DNA from: Candidatus Methylomirabilis oxygeniifera
GTDB lineage: Bacteria; Methylomirabilota; Methylomirabilia; Methylomirabilales; Methylomirabilaceae
Reading direction: 5' to 3'
Length of the DNA stretch: 32,000 nucleotides
Assembly: GCA_000091165.1 (NCBI GenBank)
Contig: FP565575.1
Coordinates: 2,010,001-2,042,000, forward strand
The position numbers and the translations under genes are program-made. Below the pieces are notes generated by a model. It saw nothing but the letters and a program-made list of their open reading frames with translations. It had not been told where the DNA came from and did no database searches. How positions within the stretch are numbered: position 1 is the first letter of the stretch; every line of letters starts with the position of its first letter. Of this stretch, positions 27,112 to 32,000 are shown one piece after another.

Positions 27112-27438
27112 CTACCGACTCTTGATGACCAGCACCGACTGTACCTCCCTGACCCCGGAGACCTCCCTGGCCAGGGCAACCGCTCGATCAATTTGGGCCT
27201 GAGAGCTGACAAACCCGGAGAGGATAACCCGTCCGCGAAACGTCTCTACGGAAATTGCGAACCCGCTGACTATCGGATCCCCAAGTAGAGTTGTCTTGAC
27301 CTTAGCGGTAATAGCCGTGTCATCGAGGTACTCCCCGGTACTCTCGCGAGTCGCCGTGGCGGCACAGGCCTGAAGCAAGGGGAAAGCCACGATCAGGATA
27401 GCAATAAGTGCTACACGGGTTCGGCTTATGATATGCAT
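27112..27438 (-). CDS. BON-domain lipoprotein
   Basis: lipobox-like FPLLQACA; TAKVKTTLLGDP..SGFAISVETFRGRVILSGFVSSQAQIDRAVALAREVSGVREVQS. Confidence 0.85.
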   Translation of the reverse strand: MHIISRTRVALIAILIVAFPLLQACAATATRESTGEYLDDTAITAKVKTTLLGDPIVSGFAISVETFRGRVILSGFVSSQAQIDRAVALAREVSGVREVQSVLVIKSR

Positions 27439-27578
27439 CTGCGCCTCCTCCAGTAATCGGTTACGCCCTGTATCATCAACGCTGCCCGAAGGCTCAGCGC
27501 CACAGGGCCACTATACCAGAAAAGCATGGGGCGAAGAAGTGGTTTGTGCTATTATTGAGCCCTTCTTCAGGAGCGATC

Positions 27579-28619
27579 ATGCCCAGGCATACGACATTTC
27601 GTCCGTTTTTGGGATTGACCATCGGCGACCCGGCAGGGATAGGTCCCGAAATCGTCGCCAAAGCCGTGACGCAGGAGGAGGTACGGGCGGCCTGCCGTCC
27701 GTTGATCGTCGGCGAGGCAGGCATCATGCGGCGTGCCATCAGGCTATGCCGTCTTGACCTCGTCGTTCGATCCATCGCCTCGCCGGCTGAGATCACCGGC
27801 GATCCGGGTTGTCTTGAGGTGCTGGATCTAAAGAATACCGATGCTGCGAGTTGCCCGCCAGGCGTTCTTGCTCCCCACTGTGGCAGGGCGGCGGTAGAGT
27901 ACCTCAACAAGGCGATCGACCTGACAATAGCCCACGAACTGGACGGCGTTGTGACCGGCCCCGTGAACAAGGAAGCGATAGCCCAGGCGGGGTTTACATA
28001 CGACGGTCAGACGGAGCTGTTCGCCGAGCGGACCCGCACCAGGGATTATGCGATGCTGCTGGTCGTCGGTCGGATGCGGGTTCTTCACGTCTCGACCCAC
28101 ACCTCGTTACGAACCGCCTGCGACAAGGTCGCACAGGCCAGAGTTCTGACGGTCATTCGTTTGGCTCATCAGGTGCTCCGTGATCTCGGATCACGGCAGA
28201 AGCGGATTGGCGTTGCCGGCCTCAACCCTCACGCGAGCGAAAGCGGGCGATTCGGCCGGGAAGAGATCGCAGAGATCACGCCGGCGGTTGAGGCCGCCAA
28301 GACTGAGGGAATCAGGGCGAGCGGTCCTTTCCCTCCGGACACACTGTTCCATCGACACAAGCTTGGTGAATTCGACGCCGTCGTCGCGATGTACCATGAT
28401 CAGGGCCATATCCCGCTCAAGCTGATCGGATTTCATCGTGGGGTGAACGTGACCGTTGGACTCCCTATCATCCGCACCTCAGTAGATCACGGCACCGCCT
28501 TCGATATCGCGGGAACAGGAACCGCAAATCCTCGCAGCCTGGTCGAGGCGATCCTGCTGGCCACAAAGTTCGCCCACCGCCGGCATAAAACAGCCCCTAC
28601 ACCGGACGTACAGTCCTGA
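27579..28619 (+). CDS. pdxA: 4-hydroxythreonine-4-phosphate dehydrogenase
   Basis: GLTIGDPAGIGPEIVAKA; DGVVTGPVNKEAI; THTSLRTA; GLNPHASESGRFGREE; YHDQGHIPLKL. Confidence 0.93.
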   Translation: MPRHTTFRPFLGLTIGDPAGIGPEIVAKAVTQEEVRAACRPLIVGEAGIMRRAIRLCRLDLVVRSIASPAEITGDPGCLEVLDLKNTDAASCPPGVLAPHCGRAAVEYLNKAIDLTIAHELDGVVTGPVNKEAIAQAGFTYDGQTELFAERTRTRDYAMLLVVGRMRVLHVSTHTSLRTACDKVAQARVLTVIRLAHQVLRDLGSRQKRIGVAGLNPHASESGRFGREEIAEITPAVEAAKTEGIRASGPFPPDTLFHRHKLGEFDAVVAMYHDQGHIPLKLIGFHRGVNVTVGLPIIRTSVDHGTAFDIAGTGTANPRSLVEAILLATKFAHRRHKTAPTPDVQS

Positions 28620-28667
28620 ACGTTGCTCCCGCGCCTCCTGTCCCCCTGCGCGATGTCGATTTGGCGG

Positions 28668-29252
28668 TCACCGTGCGCCAGGGTGCATCGGAGGGGGCAT
28701 GGCCGGACCTCTCATCGATTCGTGGCCCAATCGTTCAAACTTCCCCCGCTGCTCCGGTGTCAGGACCGCCTTACCGGCCTCAATGGTCTTAATACGACCG
28801 ACACGAAGGCCGGCCTGTAGCATTGCAATCTTCTTCGCCAGCGCCTCCACCTTGACGACATCTACCTTTTCCTGCTCCAGCAGGCCGTTCAGCTCCAACT
28901 CCGCCACATCGATCTCCGCATTCTGCCTGATCGACTCCTTCTGGAAGTCGGCTCGCAACTCCCTGAGGGTACGCTCCTGATCGGCAGTCAATCCAAGCTG
29001 CTCCTTTGACGCCAGCATCAGGGTGATCAGTGGCCTCTCGTGGCCCCTCCGAGCATGAAATCCCGGATCCATCAGTTCCATACCCTGCATCATCTCATGG
29101 ATCCCGCGCATCATCTCGGGAGCCATCCGATACCCCATCATCCCCGGTCCACCCGCACCCTCCTCAGCCGAGGCAGCCCATGTCCACACCGGCGAAAAGA
29201 CCGTTCCTGCTACACTCATCAGAACCAACACGGCCGTTACAATTGCTCGCAT
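28668..29252 (-). CDS. Spy/CpxP-like periplasmic protein (metal-resistance/zraP-like)
   Basis: signal peptide MRAIVTAVLVLMSVAGTVFSPVWTWAA; helical region KEQLGLTADQERTLRELRADFQKESIRQNAEIDVAELELNGLL; Met/His rich ends. Confidence 0.75.
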   Translation of the reverse strand: MRAIVTAVLVLMSVAGTVFSPVWTWAASAEEGAGGPGMMGYRMAPEMMRGIHEMMQGMELMDPGFHARRGHERPLITLMLASKEQLGLTADQERTLRELRADFQKESIRQNAEIDVAELELNGLLEQEKVDVVKVEALAKKIAMLQAGLRVGRIKTIEAGKAVLTPEQRGKFERLGHESMRGPAMPPPMHPGAR

Positions 29253-29369
29253 CGTCACGTCCTCCTTATTACATCGTCTCTGAGTTCTTACCGATCCGTT
29301 ACTCGCTGGGGCAACCCAGCACCCGATCTCAACATCCGTGTACTGTGACACGAGATGCCGGCATAAGGT

Positions 29370-30383
29370 TTAGCCGGAGCGGACAGGACCGCCGAACGCC
29401 TCAGCGGCCTGTTGATAGATGACCTCCGAGCGCTCCTGATATCGTTGAGAAAAATGGAAGATGACCAGCTCCTTCGCATGAGCCTCGCGAGCAAGCAGTC
29501 CGGCCTGCCGCGCCGTCAGGTGGTGTCGCTCGGTCGCGTAATCCCGATCCTGCTCCAGGTACATCGCTTCACAAAACAGAAGGTCGGCGTCCCGCGCCAG
29601 GGCGACGATCTTCTGCCGATTCTCGTCGGAGTACAATGTGTCCGTAATGTAGACCAGCCGCTGCCCGTTGGTGATCGTAACAATCTGATCCCGCAGATCA
29701 CCGAGCCGCCATTCCTGGAATACCATACCGGTCTCGCTCCTGCACGGAGCTCGAACGACTGCATCGTCCGGTGCGCCTGCGCGGACCAGCCGCTTGAATT
29801 CGGTCAGCCAGGGCCCGGTCGCAAGACCGAGACGCTGCAGTCGTTCGGGGTCGATATTGATCCGCTCCATTTCGATCAGCGCAAAGGCAAGACACGGGAT
29901 CTTGTGATCGAGGTGAACCGCTTCGATCCGGAACAGCGGATCGTCGACCAGCACCCCGGTAAACGGTAAAGATGGCGACAGATCGATCCGCTCGAAGCGA
30001 GCGCCACATGGAAAGCGGGCCGCGGTGATCTTGTCAGAACTGACCTCGTAAACGTCGAATGTGAGCGTGTACCCCTCGACCAAGTTCCAGATGTAGCCGG
30101 CGAGTTTCCCTTCAACGTTCGCGATGATGCCGGGAGGCCCAAACAGCCGGATCGTCTGGTTGCGACCGAGAACGATCCGCAACAGGTGATCGAAGCCGAT
30201 GAAGTGATCGATATGAGTGTGGGAGATGAAGATGTCGGCGACCTTCAACAGCTCGGCAGGCGGCTGCGTCGTCAGGTCACCAAGATCCAGCAGAATGGCG
30301 CGCCGTTCCCACCTGAGCCTCACAAAGAGGCCGGGATCGCCGAACACCCCATTGAGGAGCCTTGGTTGAAAGAGATTGGTCAT
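29370..30383 (-). CDS. MBL-fold hydrolase (RNase Z-like)
   Basis: ADIFISHTHIDHFIGFDHLLRI (HxHxDH); RLVYITDTLYSDENR; ERHHLTARQAGLLAREAHAKELVIFHFSQRY. Confidence 0.85.
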   Translation of the reverse strand: MTNLFQPRLLNGVFGDPGLFVRLRWERRAILLDLGDLTTQPPAELLKVADIFISHTHIDHFIGFDHLLRIVLGRNQTIRLFGPPGIIANVEGKLAGYIWNLVEGYTLTFDVYEVSSDKITAARFPCGARFERIDLSPSLPFTGVLVDDPLFRIEAVHLDHKIPCLAFALIEMERINIDPERLQRLGLATGPWLTEFKRLVRAGAPDDAVVRAPCRSETGMVFQEWRLGDLRDQIVTITNGQRLVYITDTLYSDENRQKIVALARDADLLFCEAMYLEQDRDYATERHHLTARQAGLLAREAHAKELVIFHFSQRYQERSEVIYQQAAEAFGGPVRSG

Positions 30384-30608
30384 TTCAGTCGCGCCAAGAC
30401 TGGTCTATTTCCCGCCCGCCATCTTTCGTCCTTCTCGGGTCAGCGTACTCAACATGATGCAGATGGCTATCGTTACCCGTCTTTTTAGGACGTACTATCT
30501 TTTTTGACCGTAACACCCCAACATGAGGGGGTCAAGTAGATTGACCGGAAATGGGAGGCATGTTGTAGCGCTTTACCTTCTGTGATAAAGTAAAGCTAAC
30601 TGCAACCT

Positions 30609-30839
30609 ATGGAGAAACCGATGACTTCGATCAAGCTCTCTTCAAAAAACCAGATCGTCCTTCCCAAAGAAGCGCGCGAGGCAATGAGGGTCAAAGGAGG
30701 GGATGAGATCATAGTAGTCGTCAAAGGAGGGATCACCCTTCTGCTGCCCAAACCCAAAAGCTATACAAAAGCCCTTGCAGGAAAGGGGCGCGGACTGTAT
30801 CCTTCCGATTATTTGACCAAGGAACGCCGCGCGTGGTAA
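30609..30839 (+). CDS. AbrB/MazE-family antitoxin
   Basis: SSKNQIVLPKEAREAMRVKGGDEIIVVVKGGITLLLPKP. Confidence 0.9.
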   Translation: MEKPMTSIKLSSKNQIVLPKEAREAMRVKGGDEIIVVVKGGITLLLPKPKSYTKALAGKGRGLYPSDYLTKERRAW

Positions 30840-31285
30840 GTGCCCAGCACCTCGAGGGCTTCCTGCGAAGGCACCCCGTAGTTGGACTGGATTCAAATCT
30901 GCTGATCTACCTTATCGAGGAACACCCGGAGTACCATCGATTGACTGAGAAGGTATTCGGATCAATTGAAGCGGGACGCAATACGGGGGTTTGCTCCACA
31001 CTCTCCCTTCTTGAGGTCCTGGTCCAACCCTACCGAGAGAGCAATGACGAACTCGTCGATCAGTTCTATGCCCTCCTCACCACCTATCCTCACATCCGAT
31101 GGATCGACTTATCGATCGGGATCGCCGATCTGGGCGCCCAACTTCGCGCCAAATACCAATTGAAAACACCCGATGCCATCCTGGCGGCGACCTCTATCGA
31201 GGCCGGCGCCACCGGTTTCATAGGGAACGACAGCCAGCTCAAACGGATTTCTGAGTTGGATATTCTGATTTTAAGCGGCGATTAG
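30833..31285 (+). CDS. PIN-domain ribonuclease toxin
   Basis: GLDSNLLIYLIEEHPEY; CSTLSLLEVLVQP; YQLKTPDAILAATSIEAGATGFIGND; overlaps the antitoxin stop. Confidence 0.9.
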   Translation: MVSAQHLEGFLRRHPVVGLDSNLLIYLIEEHPEYHRLTEKVFGSIEAGRNTGVCSTLSLLEVLVQPYRESNDELVDQFYALLTTYPHIRWIDLSIGIADLGAQLRAKYQLKTPDAILAATSIEAGATGFIGNDSQLKRISELDILILSGD

Positions 31286-31383
31286 AACCGGACAGGGTGA
31301 GCCCCCGTCATCGGCCGGCGGCTGTTTCGCGCCGGTTCCTGCATGCCACACCGAAACCCAATCAATGGTGGTCAGATGTCAAC

Positions 31384-32000
31384 TTAATGGCCTCCTGGCG
31401 GCAGAAACTTGACCCGCCCAGGGACACGCGCCGAGTGCCCAATCGCCACGGCAAAGAGTGCGGCCTTCCCTGCGGCATGGGGAGAGAAGAACTCGGTCAC
31501 ATCGTCGTCGTAAAAGGTGGTGCCCGTCGCGCCTAATCCCAGGGCATATGCGCAGAGGTAGATCTTTCCGCCGACGATCCCCGCCTCCAACTGGGCAGCG
31601 CCGTAGCCCCGATTCCCGTAGCGCTCAAGGATCCGCTCCAGGTCTGCGAGGAAGAAGACGACGACGCTCGCCTCGATGCCAAGGTGTTGTTCGAGGCAGA
31701 GGTAGCCTGCCTCGCGTCGAAATGTGCCCCCCTTCAACAGCTCAAGCGCCTGCCGTAATGGCGAGAAGTGGAAGGCCCCGGTAGAGAGATTCTCGACGGA
31801 GTTGACGATGAGATAGGTGTCCAACAAGGTCGTGCTCGACCCCCCGAGAAAGTCCGCCGGGATCCCGCGGCTGGTTCGCTCAAGGATAGTGGACAGTTGC
31901 TGGAATGAGATCGGGAGTTGAGCGAACTGGTGCGTAGAACCCCTGCGGAGGATGGTCTCACCCAGGGTCCGGGCAGGAAGCTGCTCCCGCTCAATGGGGT
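31384..32000 (-). CDS. nitroreductase/SagB-type dehydrogenase family protein (runs off window)
   Basis: frame stays open upstream of the listed ORF: LPARTLGETILRRGSTHQFAQLPISFQQL...TTLLDTYLIVNSVENLSTGAFHF...LGIEASVVVFFLADLERILERYGNRGYGAAQLEAGIVGGKIYLCAYALGLGATGTTFYDDDVTEFF. Confidence 0.85.
   Translation of the reverse strand, partial: PIEREQLPARTLGETILRRGSTHQFAQLPISFQQLSTILERTSRGIPADFLGGSSTTLLDTYLIVNSVENLSTGAFHFSPLRQALELLKGGTFRREAGYLCLEQHLGIEASVVVFFLADLERILERYGNRGYGAAQLEAGIVGGKIYLCAYALGLGATGTTFYDDDVTEFFSPHAAGKAALFAVAIGHSARVPGRVKFLPPGGH

Overview
High-GC bacterial chromosome window. The gene content, including an orphan particulate methane monooxygenase subunit C (PmoC/AmoC), suggests a methanotroph-like organism, possibly NC10/Methylomirabilis-like; this assignment is inference and was not tested. 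Left part: partial Ppx/GppA, RqcH/NFACT, MarR, pmoC followed by a His-rich membrane-anchored periplasmic protein, a ferredoxin-like remnant, uvrA with an unusually short insertion region, and tRNA-Leu(GAG). Middle: a sugar-nucleotide epimerase overlapping an O-antigen-ligase-like membrane protein whose ORF continues in frame into a J-domain, then a decayed accessory patch, then housekeeping SDR genes and a Yip1-family gene. The most intriguing locus is 16.3-24.0 kb (minus strand): a compact six-gene set with three paralogous U32-family Fe-S proteins, a divergent fourth U32-like protein, a leaderless (apparently cytoplasmic) substrate-binding-fold protein and a PEP-synthase/rifampicin-phosphotransferase-like enzyme. 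I know of no described pathway with this composition, and it may be an uncharacterised O2-independent hydroxylation/biosynthesis system. Right part: nucleotidyltransferase, hisC-like aminotransferase, PAS-LuxR regulator, BON protein, pdxA, Spy/CpxP-like protein, MBL hydrolase, AbrB/PIN toxin-antitoxin pair and a partial nitroreductase. Several intergenic spacers carry degenerate 7-nt-period TCAGCNN repeats and G/C-rich palindromes. No CRISPR array or rRNA was seen.
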